DNA from: Candidatus Doudnabacteria bacterium | Lineage (GTDB): Bacteria > Patescibacteriota > Doudnabacteria > UBA920 > O2-02-FULL-48-8 | Reading direction: 5' to 3' | NCBI GenBank assembly: GCA_016182875.1 | Contig: JACPFQ010000004.1 | Location: 259,515 to 323,514, forward strand | DNA: 64,000 nt | Shown: piece after piece, positions 9,147 to 17,593 of the stretch | Layout of the letters: each line of letters starts with the position of its first letter | Numbering within the stretch: position 1 is the stretch's first letter | Notes under the pieces: generated by a model | The model's database searches: none | Told to the model about the DNA's origin: nothing | Seen by the model: only the letters and a program-made list of their open reading frames with translations | Position numbers and translations under genes: made by a program

Positions 9147-9683
9147 TTGATGCATATAATGGACGCTTTATTTGGAGATGCGGATTTTGAAACTAGCAAG
9201 GAAGCCACAGCACTAATTGGCAAAATTATTGCAGCTCATAATTTGCAAAACAGCCTGCTTTACGATTTGGGCAGCTGCTGGGGCGGATTTGTGTTCGGCA
9301 TTCAAACTGCCTGCCCGGGCCTGCAAATAGTCGGTGTAGATAAAAGCAGGATAAAGACCTGGCTCGCCAGGCTGCGCAGCCTTTACCACAGAAATCAAAA
9401 TTTTCCGAGGTTTTTAAAGGCGGATATTTTTGACGTCGATGTTTCAAAAATCGATTTGGCATTCGTTTATTTGCCTCGACCATTGTTGCCGGCCTTGGAA
9501 GCAAAATTACAGAAAGACTTAAAACCTGGGTCGCTCGCAATAACTTATCGCGTTAATTTTCCCACCTGGCGGCCGACCCAAATTTTCGTGACTGATCTTA
9601 AGAGACGAGAGAGGAACAATATTTTTATTTATAAAAAAATTAATAAAATTTTGACCTTTGACAAACTGGAATTTCGCAAATAA
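9147..9683 (+). CDS. small class I SAM-dependent methyltransferase-like protein
   Basis: 178 aa; LYDLGSCWGGFVFGI resembles SAM-binding motif I. Confidence 0.45.
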   Translation: MMHIMDALFGDADFETSKEATALIGKIIAAHNLQNSLLYDLGSCWGGFVFGIQTACPGLQIVGVDKSRIKTWLARLRSLYHRNQNFPRFLKADIFDVDVSKIDLAFVYLPRPLLPALEAKLQKDLKPGSLAITYRVNFPTWRPTQIFVTDLKRRERNNIFIYKKINKILTFDKLEFRK

Positions 9684-9709
9684 GATATTGAGGTCCTTAA
9701 ATTTAATTT

Positions 9710-10111
9710 ATGTTTAAAAATTCAGCCAAAAAGCTAGAAATATTCGTCATTATCTCAATTATTGCCATAATCGGGATTATTTATGCTTTAGCCAAACAGC
9801 CGGTGGTGGCCCCGAGAGTAAGCCAGGACCGCAACCAAACGGAGAGCATCCAGCAAGTTCCCCAAACTGCGATTCAATATCAGGGCGTAGACGGCCAAAA
9901 CGCCTTATCACTGCTTAAGGCTTATCATAATGTCGAGACAAAAGATTACGCGGGAATTGGGGAGTACGTGATCTCTATCGACGGGATTGCTCCGGACAGC
10001 AAACATTTTTGGGCGTTTTATGTGAATGAGAAACAAGCCGAGGTTGGAGCCGGGGCTTACGTCACCAAAAGCTCGGACGTAATTGAATGGAAACTGGAAG
10101 AAATTAAATAG
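9710..10111 (+). CDS. DUF4430-domain protein with N-terminal TM anchor (putative cobalamin-binding module)
   Basis: 133 aa; ALSLLKAYH...GEYVISIDGI...KHFWAFYVNEKQAEVGAGAYVTKSSDVIEWKL matches the DUF4430 pattern. Confidence 0.6.
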   Translation: MFKNSAKKLEIFVIISIIAIIGIIYALAKQPVVAPRVSQDRNQTESIQQVPQTAIQYQGVDGQNALSLLKAYHNVETKDYAGIGEYVISIDGIAPDSKHFWAFYVNEKQAEVGAGAYVTKSSDVIEWKLEEIK

Positions 10112-10131
10112 TTTGTAGTTGGTAGTTTGTA

Positions 10132-10692
10132 GTGAGTAGAAACTACAAACTACTCACTACGCACTACTCACTATCGATGCTCGCGTATTTTCTAATTTTT
10201 CTCGGAGCGTTTTTGCGAATCTTACCGCATCCGGCTAACTTCGCCCCGATTGCGGCCATTGCCTTGTTTGGCAGCGCTTATCTTAATAAAAAATTGGCGC
10301 TGATTCTGCCGCTTGTGGCCATGATTATCTCCGACTACTTCATCGGATTCGATTCGCTCAGCTCGCGTTTGACTGTTTACGGCACTTTTATTTTGGTCGG
10401 GCTTTTGGGATTCTGGCTGAGGGTCAAAAGAAGCCCGGGCCGGATTGTGGCCGCTTCCCTGGCCGGCTCCCTGATTTTTTATTTAATTACCAACTTCGCT
10501 TTTTTGTACCCTGCCGGTATGTACAGCCATGATTTGAACGGCGTGATGTCATCTTACATTAACGCTCTGCCGTTCTTTAGGAATACTTTGTTAGGCGACT
10601 TGTTTTACGTCAGCTTGTTTTTTGGAATTTATGAATTAGCATCGTACTATGTCAAGAATCATTCGAGTTCACGTTCAAACCCACGCGCATGA
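10132..10692 (+). CDS. small polytopic membrane protein (ECF S-component-like size and topology; possible vitamin transporter)
   Basis: 186 aa, about 5 hydrophobic helices; ends with TGA overlapping the next gene. Confidence 0.4.
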   Translation: MSRNYKLLTTHYSLSMLAYFLIFLGAFLRILPHPANFAPIAAIALFGSAYLNKKLALILPLVAMIISDYFIGFDSLSSRLTVYGTFILVGLLGFWLRVKRSPGRIVAASLAGSLIFYLITNFAFLYPAGMYSHDLNGVMSSYINALPFFRNTLLGDLFYVSLFFGIYELASYYVKNHSSSRSNPRA

Positions 10693-10873
10693 AGATCGGA
10701 TGGAAGAAACCGGCCTGGATGAGTACAAAATTTGGACCACAGCGATTTCGGAAAAGGGTGGGGCCAACCAAGCGGTAATCGAAATCATCGCGGATTTTTT
10801 TGACATCGTGCCCAGCAGCATCCGCATTATTTCCGGCAACAAAAGCCGGCATAAGCTCATCGAAATCCTATAA
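10649..10873 (+). CDS. DUF167 (YggU) family protein
   Basis: 74 aa; GGANQAVIEIIADFFDIVPSSIRIISGNKSRHKLIEI matches the GkANkaLikfLak...SGetSR.K family signature. Confidence 0.6.
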   Translation: MSRIIRVHVQTHAHEDRMEETGLDEYKIWTTAISEKGGANQAVIEIIADFFDIVPSSIRIISGNKSRHKLIEIL

Positions 10874-11030
10874 CCGTTCTCCCGTTCGCTCCCGTTTTTT
10901 ATCTAAAACTGAAATGCTGGTACATGAATTGCACGGCCGCGTAATTCATGTACTGGCATCGATGGAACATAAATATTGCGATCGCAAGAATTATGTTCCT
11001 CTAGTTGCGGCAAAAAATTTGGCTATTGTA

Positions 11031-11064
11031 GGTACCTAAAAAAGCCATGGCTAATTTAGGTGCC
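11031..11064. repeat. 34-bp palindrome ggtacctaaaaaagccatggctaatttaggtgcc (copy 1)
   Basis: Near-identical perfect palindrome at 33437-33470 (GGTACC...GCCATGGC...GGTACC). Confidence 0.6.
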
Positions 11065-11155
11065 TCAATGGATAAAAAATCCTGTCAGCGGTGACGTTTA
11101 GACAGTGCAAATGCAACGCTACCAATCGTCAAGCGCTTTGTGTTAAAATTACTTT

Positions 11156-12391
11156 ATGTCCGAAACTCAATTGCTAAAAGGCTTTCGCGATTATCTGCCG
11201 CAGGAGCAGATGGCGCGGAAGAAAATAATTTCCAAAATCTCGGAAGTGTTCGAGCGTTTTGGGTTTGCCCCGGTCGACACTCCGGCCTTGGAATACTACA
11301 AACTTTTGGGCGGCAAATACGGCACTGAGGGTGAAAAGCTCATGTATAAATTCAAAGACCAGGGGGGACGCATGGTGGCGCTTCGTTATGACCTCACCGT
11401 GCCTTTGAGCCGAGTGCTGCTCAATTATCCCAATCTTCCCAAGCCGTTCAAGCGCTACCAAATCGCCCCGGTTTGGCGCGCGGAGAATCCTCAGAAAGGG
11501 CGCTTCCGCGAATTTGTGCAATGCGACGCAGACATCGTCGGCTCTGATTCCTTGATTGCCGACGCGGAAGTGGTCGCGACTTTTGCCGCCGCGTTCAAGA
11601 ATTTGGAAATTGGGGAAGTTGTGGTCAAGTTCAATGACCGCAGACTGATTGATCAAGTTTTGGACAAGCTTAAGGTTTCAACGGCAAAGCGGGTGAATTT
11701 TTTGAGAATCCTCGATAAGCTTGAGAAAATCGGCAAAAAGGAAACTTTGCAGAGCTTGAAGAAGGCAGGCTTTAAGCCAGACCTTTTGACTGAATATGAA
11801 AGCCAGATGAAATCAGCCGGCCTGGACTTTGTGGAACAGTTCGAAAATTTACTGGGAAGCTTTGGAGTGGGCAATATAAAATTTGACCCTTATTTGGCGC
11901 GCGGCTTGGATTATTATACCGGTACGATTTTTGAATTCATTTTGAAAAATAAACCCGAGTTTGGTTCAATCGCGGGAGGAGGGCGCTACGATAATTTGAT
12001 TAAAGACAATAAAGGCCAAGCCCTGCCCGCAGTCGGCTGTTCCATCGGCTTAGATAGGATGCTTTCGGCCTTGGAAGAAATGGGAGTGATTGCTCCGCAG
12101 ACCGCGGCGGAAGTGATTGTGTTTAATCTGGACGCAAGCCTTACTGCCGACTATTTGAATATTGCGACCAATCTGCGCTCAGCCGGCTTGGATTGCGAAT
12201 TTTATTATAAACCGGACAAGCTTGATAAACAATTCAAATATGCGGAAGCAAAAAATATCCAGGTTGCGGTGATTTACGGCCCCAATGAAGCAAAAGCGCG
12301 GAAGGTCAACGTGAAAAATTTAACGGAAAAAAAACAAGTTTCTGTTGACCTAGATGACTTAGTCACGGAAATCAAAAGCATGCTTTGGTAG
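11156..12391 (+). CDS. hisS: histidine--tRNA ligase
   Basis: 411 aa; class II aaRS HisRS motifs (RDYLPQE, ALRYDLTVP, GGGRYDNL). Confidence 0.9.
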   Translation: MSETQLLKGFRDYLPQEQMARKKIISKISEVFERFGFAPVDTPALEYYKLLGGKYGTEGEKLMYKFKDQGGRMVALRYDLTVPLSRVLLNYPNLPKPFKRYQIAPVWRAENPQKGRFREFVQCDADIVGSDSLIADAEVVATFAAAFKNLEIGEVVVKFNDRRLIDQVLDKLKVSTAKRVNFLRILDKLEKIGKKETLQSLKKAGFKPDLLTEYESQMKSAGLDFVEQFENLLGSFGVGNIKFDPYLARGLDYYTGTIFEFILKNKPEFGSIAGGGRYDNLIKDNKGQALPAVGCSIGLDRMLSALEEMGVIAPQTAAEVIVFNLDASLTADYLNIATNLRSAGLDCEFYYKPDKLDKQFKYAEAKNIQVAVIYGPNEAKARKVNVKNLTEKKQVSVDLDDLVTEIKSMLW

Positions 12392-12394
12392 CTT

Positions 12395-13942
12395 ATGCTA
12401 TCTAAATCGAAAATTTTTTTGATTCTTTGCTTGGGCTTCATCGCCGGGGTTTGGCTGGGAAAGTATGCGAATTTGGAAATCATGGCTTTGCTGGCCATGT
12501 TTTTTGTTGTCATCGCCACGTTGGGATGGCAGAGCAAACTTGCCAAGCTAGCCGGCTTCGCGGGAATCGTTTTGGTTTTGGGCATGGGTCGGATTTATTT
12601 TTCTCTGGACGAAAATAAACTTGTACCCTTCTACGGCCAGACGCTAAACGTGCAGGGTCTAATCACCGAAGAGCCGGACGTGAGAAGCGATAAGACCTAT
12701 TTGACTTTGGGCAGATTGAAAATTGAGTCAGAAGAAGTTGATTCGAAAATCCTGCTGACTGTGCCGAAGTTCCCTGAATACAAATACGGTAACGTATTAA
12801 AGCTTACCGCCAAAATCCAGGAGCCGCGAGATGCGGAAACCAAAGGCGAATTTTCATATAAAAACTATCTTTCCAAATCCGGCATTGAAGCAGTAGTTTA
12901 TTACCCGAAAATTGAAGTTTTGGCAGAAAACCAGGGCAATGTAGTCAAGGCAAGCCTGCTTGCTTTGAAGCAGAGATTCATCCGGGCCATTTCTGAAATT
13001 CTGCCCGAACCTCATAATTCCTTCTTAGCCGGGCTTTTGGTGGGGTTAAGGCGTGGCATTCCCCAAGATTTGCTGGAAAATTTCAACATCACCGGCACGA
13101 CTCACATCATCGCGCTTTCCGGCTTCAACATCACCATCATCGCCCGGGCGGTGGACGGGGTGCTTCTCAATTGGTTTCGCCGCCGAATCTCCTTCGCGCT
13201 TTCTTTGATTTGCATAGCAAGCTTTGTGATTATGACCGGCGCTTCGGCCTCGGTAGTGCGGGCGGCGATTATGGGTATTTTGGCCATGCTGGCTTTGAAC
13301 ATCGGGCGGGTCAAGGCGATTAATAATGCCATGGCTTTTACCGGGGCGGTGATGGTTGGCCTGAATCCGAAAATCTTGCATTTCGACCTTGGTTTCCAGC
13401 TTTCGTTTCTGGCTTTAATGGGTTTGGTTTATTTAGCACCCAAATTGGAGCCGTATTTTTTGCGGCTTTGGAAATGGCTCCGCGAAATTTTGGTTGCCAC
13501 TTTATCGGCGCAGATTTTCGTCATCCCGGTTTTGCTTCTTAACTTCGACCGGCTGTCGCTCGTCGCTCCGCTTACGAACGTCTTGATTCTGCTTGTGATT
13601 CCATTTGCCATGCTGTTCGGATTTTTGGGAGGCTTGGCTGGCTTGGTTTGGAAAGCTTTGGCCTTGCCGTTTGTCTGGGTTGCCTGGGCCATGCTGGAAT
13701 ACATCATCTGGATAGTTGAGTGGACCGCAAAAATTCCATTTGCGTCCATAAATTATGAAAGCTTCGCCGTCTGGATGCTGATTTTGTACTATGCTGTTTT
13801 GATTGCGTTCTTGAACAGAAGATTTTTGCAGGAGCTTTGGATTAGATTGCTTCGTCGGCCTTTCGGCCTCCTCGCAAATGCGCCTACCGTTCCCGTATCT
13901 GCGAGGAGTGAAACGACGAAGCAATCTATCCCCGAGGATTAA
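12395..13942 (+). CDS. comEC: ComEC/Rec2 competence protein, membrane channel part (DUF4131 plus competence domain)
   Basis: 515 aa polytopic; GLRRGIPQDL...TGTTHIIALSGFNITII motif. Confidence 0.8.
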   Translation: MLSKSKIFLILCLGFIAGVWLGKYANLEIMALLAMFFVVIATLGWQSKLAKLAGFAGIVLVLGMGRIYFSLDENKLVPFYGQTLNVQGLITEEPDVRSDKTYLTLGRLKIESEEVDSKILLTVPKFPEYKYGNVLKLTAKIQEPRDAETKGEFSYKNYLSKSGIEAVVYYPKIEVLAENQGNVVKASLLALKQRFIRAISEILPEPHNSFLAGLLVGLRRGIPQDLLENFNITGTTHIIALSGFNITIIARAVDGVLLNWFRRRISFALSLICIASFVIMTGASASVVRAAIMGILAMLALNIGRVKAINNAMAFTGAVMVGLNPKILHFDLGFQLSFLALMGLVYLAPKLEPYFLRLWKWLREILVATLSAQIFVIPVLLLNFDRLSLVAPLTNVLILLVIPFAMLFGFLGGLAGLVWKALALPFVWVAWAMLEYIIWIVEWTAKIPFASINYESFAVWMLILYYAVLIAFLNRRFLQELWIRLLRRPFGLLANAPTVPVSARSETTKQSIPED

Positions 13943-13945
13943 GTC

Positions 13946-14842
13946 ATGGAGGCTCAAACTAAAACCCTCATAAAAAGATTTCTTGTTCCTCTTCTCTTCG
14001 CCAATCTGGCCGTCTTTGCCGGGTACATTCAGTTCCAGCCGGATTTTTTGATGCACATCAACTTCTATGATGTCGGACAAGGCGACTCGATTTTGATTCA
14101 AACTTATTTGGGCAACCAAATTCTGATCGACGGCGGGCCGTCAGATGCCGTGCTTGGGCATCTGGGCCAAGACCTGCCGTTCTTTGACCGGACGATCGAT
14201 ATGATAATTTTGACCCATGCCCATAATGACCATGTTGCCGGCTTGATCGATGTGCTAAAGCGTTATCGGGTCAAAAAAGTTATCTTGCCGGAAGTGGCCT
14301 TTGAGTCCGGACCGTACAAAGAGTTTTTGAATTTGATTGAAGAAAAGAATGTCGAAAGAATTTTTGCCCATGCAGGCCAAAGAATTTATCTAGACAGCGG
14401 TACAGTTTTCGATGTTTACTATCCCTATGGCAAAGTTGCCGGGGTAACTTCCAGCGGCAAGTATCAGCTGGAAAGCGACGACCTGAATGACACCTCGATT
14501 GTCGGCAAATTGAGTTTTGGCAAAAATAAAATTTTGCTGACCGGTGATGCCGGCATAAACGTTGAGCAGCAGCTTCTGCTGCAGTACGACTTGGATTCTG
14601 ATTTGCTTAAGGTCGGCCACCATGGCAGCAGGCATTCCACTTCCAAAGAATTTTTGAAGGAAGTGACACCTGAATATTCGGTAATCCAAGTGGGCAAAAA
14701 TAATTATGGTCATCCGACTCAGGAAACCTTGGACAACCTGGCTGCGGCTTCTGTCCAAGTTTTCCGTAATGACCAAAATAAAACCGTCCGATTTGTTTCT
14801 GACGGCGTCAATCTTTACCCCGTTAGAAATCCGATGCGTTAA
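13946..14842 (+). CDS. MBL-fold metallo-hydrolase (ComEC C-terminal beta-lactamase-like domain encoded as a separate gene)
   Basis: 298 aa; ILTHAHNDHVAGL and GHHGS motifs; immediately follows comEC. Confidence 0.75.
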   Translation: MEAQTKTLIKRFLVPLLFANLAVFAGYIQFQPDFLMHINFYDVGQGDSILIQTYLGNQILIDGGPSDAVLGHLGQDLPFFDRTIDMIILTHAHNDHVAGLIDVLKRYRVKKVILPEVAFESGPYKEFLNLIEEKNVERIFAHAGQRIYLDSGTVFDVYYPYGKVAGVTSSGKYQLESDDLNDTSIVGKLSFGKNKILLTGDAGINVEQQLLLQYDLDSDLLKVGHHGSRHSTSKEFLKEVTPEYSVIQVGKNNYGHPTQETLDNLAAASVQVFRNDQNKTVRFVSDGVNLYPVRNPMR

Positions 14843-14923
14843 CGCATCGGCAGATGTCTAAGACATCTTATTTCTAACGGAGTTTACAAAAAGTGAAATT
14901 TTTGCTAAAATGACAAAGCAATC

Positions 14924-15574
14924 ATGAATAGTAAATTTTTAGCAGTTATTGCAGTAATAGTTTTGGGAGTCGTCGCTGGTGTTTTTTATTTTAAGAATCG
15001 AAGTCAAGAGTCAGGAAACAGTAATCAGGAACCAGTCGAACAGGAACAATCAACTCAAGCTGTTACACCTCAGCCGCCACCGCAGCAGTCAAGCGTTCCC
15101 GAACAAGCCACGGCAGTGATTGAAGTCGAGGGCTACGGAACCATTAACTTGAGCCTTGATGGCAAGGCCGCACCCAAGACCGTGGCGAATTTCATCAAAC
15201 TTTCCAAAGACGGCTTTTATAACGGCCTCAAATTCCACCGTGTGGTTCCAAACTTCGTGATTCAAGGCGGCGACCCGGAAGGCACGGGGCTGGGCGGCCC
15301 TGGCTATACGGTTCCTGCCGAAATCAGCCTTAAGCACAAGAAGGGCGCGATTGCCATGGCCCGCACGGACGATTCGGTCAATCCCAGCCGCGCTTCTTCC
15401 GGCAGCCAGTTTTATATCGCTGTGCAGGATTTGACGAGTTTGGACGGGCAATACACGGTCTTCGGATACGTCACGTCCGGCATGGATGTCGTGATTCAGA
15501 TTAGCGAAGTTCCGACCGAACCCGGCGATTACCCGATTAAGGATATTGTTATTAAGAGAATTATGATAGAGTAA
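14924..15574 (+). CDS. peptidyl-prolyl cis-trans isomerase, cyclophilin type, with N-terminal TM and low-complexity linker
   Basis: 216 aa; FHRVVPNFVIQGGDPEGTGLGGPGY...FYI cyclophilin core. Confidence 0.85.
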   Translation: MNSKFLAVIAVIVLGVVAGVFYFKNRSQESGNSNQEPVEQEQSTQAVTPQPPPQQSSVPEQATAVIEVEGYGTINLSLDGKAAPKTVANFIKLSKDGFYNGLKFHRVVPNFVIQGGDPEGTGLGGPGYTVPAEISLKHKKGAIAMARTDDSVNPSRASSGSQFYIAVQDLTSLDGQYTVFGYVTSGMDVVIQISEVPTEPGDYPIKDIVIKRIMIE

Positions 15575-15579
15575 TACAA

Positions 15580-15700
15580 ATTAGAATTTCCCTCCCCTTG
15601 CAGGGGAGGGACCAAGGGTGGGGTGGATAGAGGCAACCTCATCCCACCTCTCCCCCGACCCCTCTCCTGGAAGGAGAGGGGAGATCTAATCTGAAGTAAA
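15580..15700. mobile_element. solo (ORF-less) member of the hairpin/G-rich/C-rich element family
   Basis: ccctcccct tgc aggggaggg ... gggtggggtggat ... atcccacctc ... cccctctcc tgga aggagagggg; about 85% identical to 20664-20770. Confidence 0.6.
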
Positions 15701-15707
15701 CAAAGCT

Positions 15708-16301
15708 ATGACTAAGCACCCAAGAGAAGAGCGAACTTATGTCATGATCAAGCCGGACGGGGTTAAGCGCGGGTTGATTGGAGAAATTATTAAGCGCATT
15801 GAGCAGAGAGGATTGAAAGTTGTCGCGCTGGAAATGGAACATCCGACTCATAAGCAGATGGACGATCACTATCCCAAAGATCCCAAATGGATTACTAGGC
15901 TCGGCGAAAAAACACTCTCGACCTATGCCAAATTCGGTTATGACGCCATGAAAGAGCTAGGAACTGACAAAGCCGAAAAAATTGGGCCAATGGTGCGCGA
16001 ATGGTTGATTAATTATATGAGTTCAGCGCCGTTGGTAAAGATTGTCGTCGAAGGGATCCACGCCATAGACATGGTCAAAAAATTAGCAGGCAAGACTATG
16101 CCGATTGATGCTGAAATGGGCACGATCCGCGGGGATTTTTCTGCCGATTCTGCTGCCGCAGCTAATCGAGACAGACGCGCGGTGCATAATTTGGTTCATA
16201 TTTCCGAAACGCCGGAAGAAGCAGAACACGAAATCGCTCACTGGTTTACGCAGGATCAAATCCATGATTACAAGCGGGTGGAAGAAGACCTGATGATTTA
16301 G
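15708..16301 (+). CDS. ndk: nucleoside diphosphate kinase (with internal insertion)
   Basis: 197 aa; ERTYVMIKPDGVKRGLIGEII and NLVHISE active-site region. Confidence 0.75.
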   Translation: MTKHPREERTYVMIKPDGVKRGLIGEIIKRIEQRGLKVVALEMEHPTHKQMDDHYPKDPKWITRLGEKTLSTYAKFGYDAMKELGTDKAEKIGPMVREWLINYMSSAPLVKIVVEGIHAIDMVKKLAGKTMPIDAEMGTIRGDFSADSAAAANRDRRAVHNLVHISETPEEAEHEIAHWFTQDQIHDYKRVEEDLMI

Positions 16302-16335
16302 GTCACGTAACACGTATCATGTAACACGTAACAGA
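16302..16335. repeat. tandem ACGTAWCA octamer repeats (gtcacgtaacacgtatcatgtaacacgtaacag)
   Basis: The same octamer in tandem also at 58925-58955; related motifs at 42205-42270 and 45983-45992. Confidence 0.5.
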
Positions 16336-16336
16336 G

Positions 16337-16362
16337 ACAGCCTGAGGGCTGTTTTTGTTTTT
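16337..16362 (+). terminator. rho-independent terminator after ndk
   Basis: cagcc tgag ggctg followed by tttttgtttttc. Confidence 0.6.
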
Positions 16363-16385
16363 CTATTTTTGTTAGAATCAGAAGC

Positions 16386-16544
16386 ATGGGAGGCCTCATG
16401 GCTGAAAAAAGCAAGAAAACTGAGGTCTCCAAAAGGCCTCAGAATTACCGAATGCCATCGCCAGAAGAATTCCGGTGTTGGCTGGAAGATCTTCTTAGGG
16501 AAGCTGGCCTTAAGCCAGCTCAGCCGAAATCGGAGAAAGAATAA
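16386..16544 (+). CDS. hypothetical small protein (52 aa)
   Basis: ATG with upstream purine-rich stretch; followed by RBS and next ORF; GC-richer segment. Confidence 0.3.
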   Translation: MGGLMAEKSKKTEVSKRPQNYRMPSPEEFRCWLEDLLREAGLKPAQPKSEKE

Positions 16545-16560
16545 CTGAGAGGAGGACGAC

Positions 16561-16941
16561 ATGTCGTACGCTGTCTGCGTTTCAATGTACGTCGTGAACA
16601 ATTTGCCGTACGGGGGTAGGTCTAGGAAACTAGTCATTGTCAGGGAAACCGAGGAAGAGGCCCAAAAGCTGGCCGAAGCATTCAAGGCGGAATCAAGGGA
16701 TCATCAGCACATAATCGACGTCGAAGTTTGCCCGGTGCGTGAGCTGAAGGGAATTGTTCCTGCTTTCGTCCGCAACTGGAAGCAGACGATAATCACAGAG
16801 GACACTGAGGAACATAGCCGTCACGCGCAGCACGTAACCGCAGCAAGGAAACGGCTAGCGGCTGAGCCAGTGACTGATTCTGCGCGCCGCGACAGCTTCC
16901 AGGACGACATCGATACAGCCTTAGGCCGTCATCAGAAGTAG
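16561..16941 (+). CDS. hypothetical protein
   Basis: 126-aa ORF with strong RBS gagaggagg. Confidence 0.45.
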   Translation: MSYAVCVSMYVVNNLPYGGRSRKLVIVRETEEEAQKLAEAFKAESRDHQHIIDVEVCPVRELKGIVPAFVRNWKQTIITEDTEEHSRHAQHVTAARKRLAAEPVTDSARRDSFQDDIDTALGRHQK

Positions 16942-17156
16942 CAAGGTCTTCGGCTCCGTCGAGCTCCTGCCGTAACGCGACGATTGTGCCTGCCCGCCGA
17001 AGTTTTAACGAAGGCGGGAGGGGAATCGTCTTTTATTTTTGCCCAGAATTGCTGGTATAATGGATAGAGCATTAGCCCGCAGTTCCTCCCCTCTCCTTCC
17101 AGGAGAGGAATTCTCTCCCTCATCGGCCGCCGGGGGCTGGTCGGGGGAGAGGTGGG

Positions 17157-17523
17157 ATGAGAATCAACAGGAATCTTTTGCAAAAGTCCAAGCTACAGCG
17201 CAAATCCCAGAATCCCTGGGAAGCCAAGCTTTGGTATTACCTCAGAGCTAAAAGATTCCAGAATTTTAAATTCAGAAGGCAAGTGGTTATTGGTCCTTTT
17301 ATCGTTGATTTTTATTTGCATAAGCTAAGGCTGATCATAGAACTCGACAGTGGGCAGCATAATGAGAATATAAATATACGTAAGGACCAGGGCAGGCAAA
17401 ATATTTATAGATCAAGGCTATACAGTCCTCAGATTCTGGAACAATGAGCTAGACGATAATATAGACGGCGTACTGGATACAATTTACAAAGCTTTAACCA
17501 CCTCTCTCGACCGGAATAATTAA
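17157..17523 (+). pseudogene. DUF559 endonuclease-domain protein, frameshifted (frame change near 17390-17405)
   Basis: N-terminal part KLWYYLRAKRFQNFKFRRQVVIGPFIVDFY..ELDSGQH in frame 0; C-terminal part GYTVLRFWNNELDDNIDGVLDTIY continues in frame +1. Confidence 0.7.
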
Positions 17524-17593
17524 CCTCAGAAGCGGTCGGTCTCTCCTGGAAGGAGAGACAACTGCTGCCTGACGCTTCAGCCAAACCAAATCC

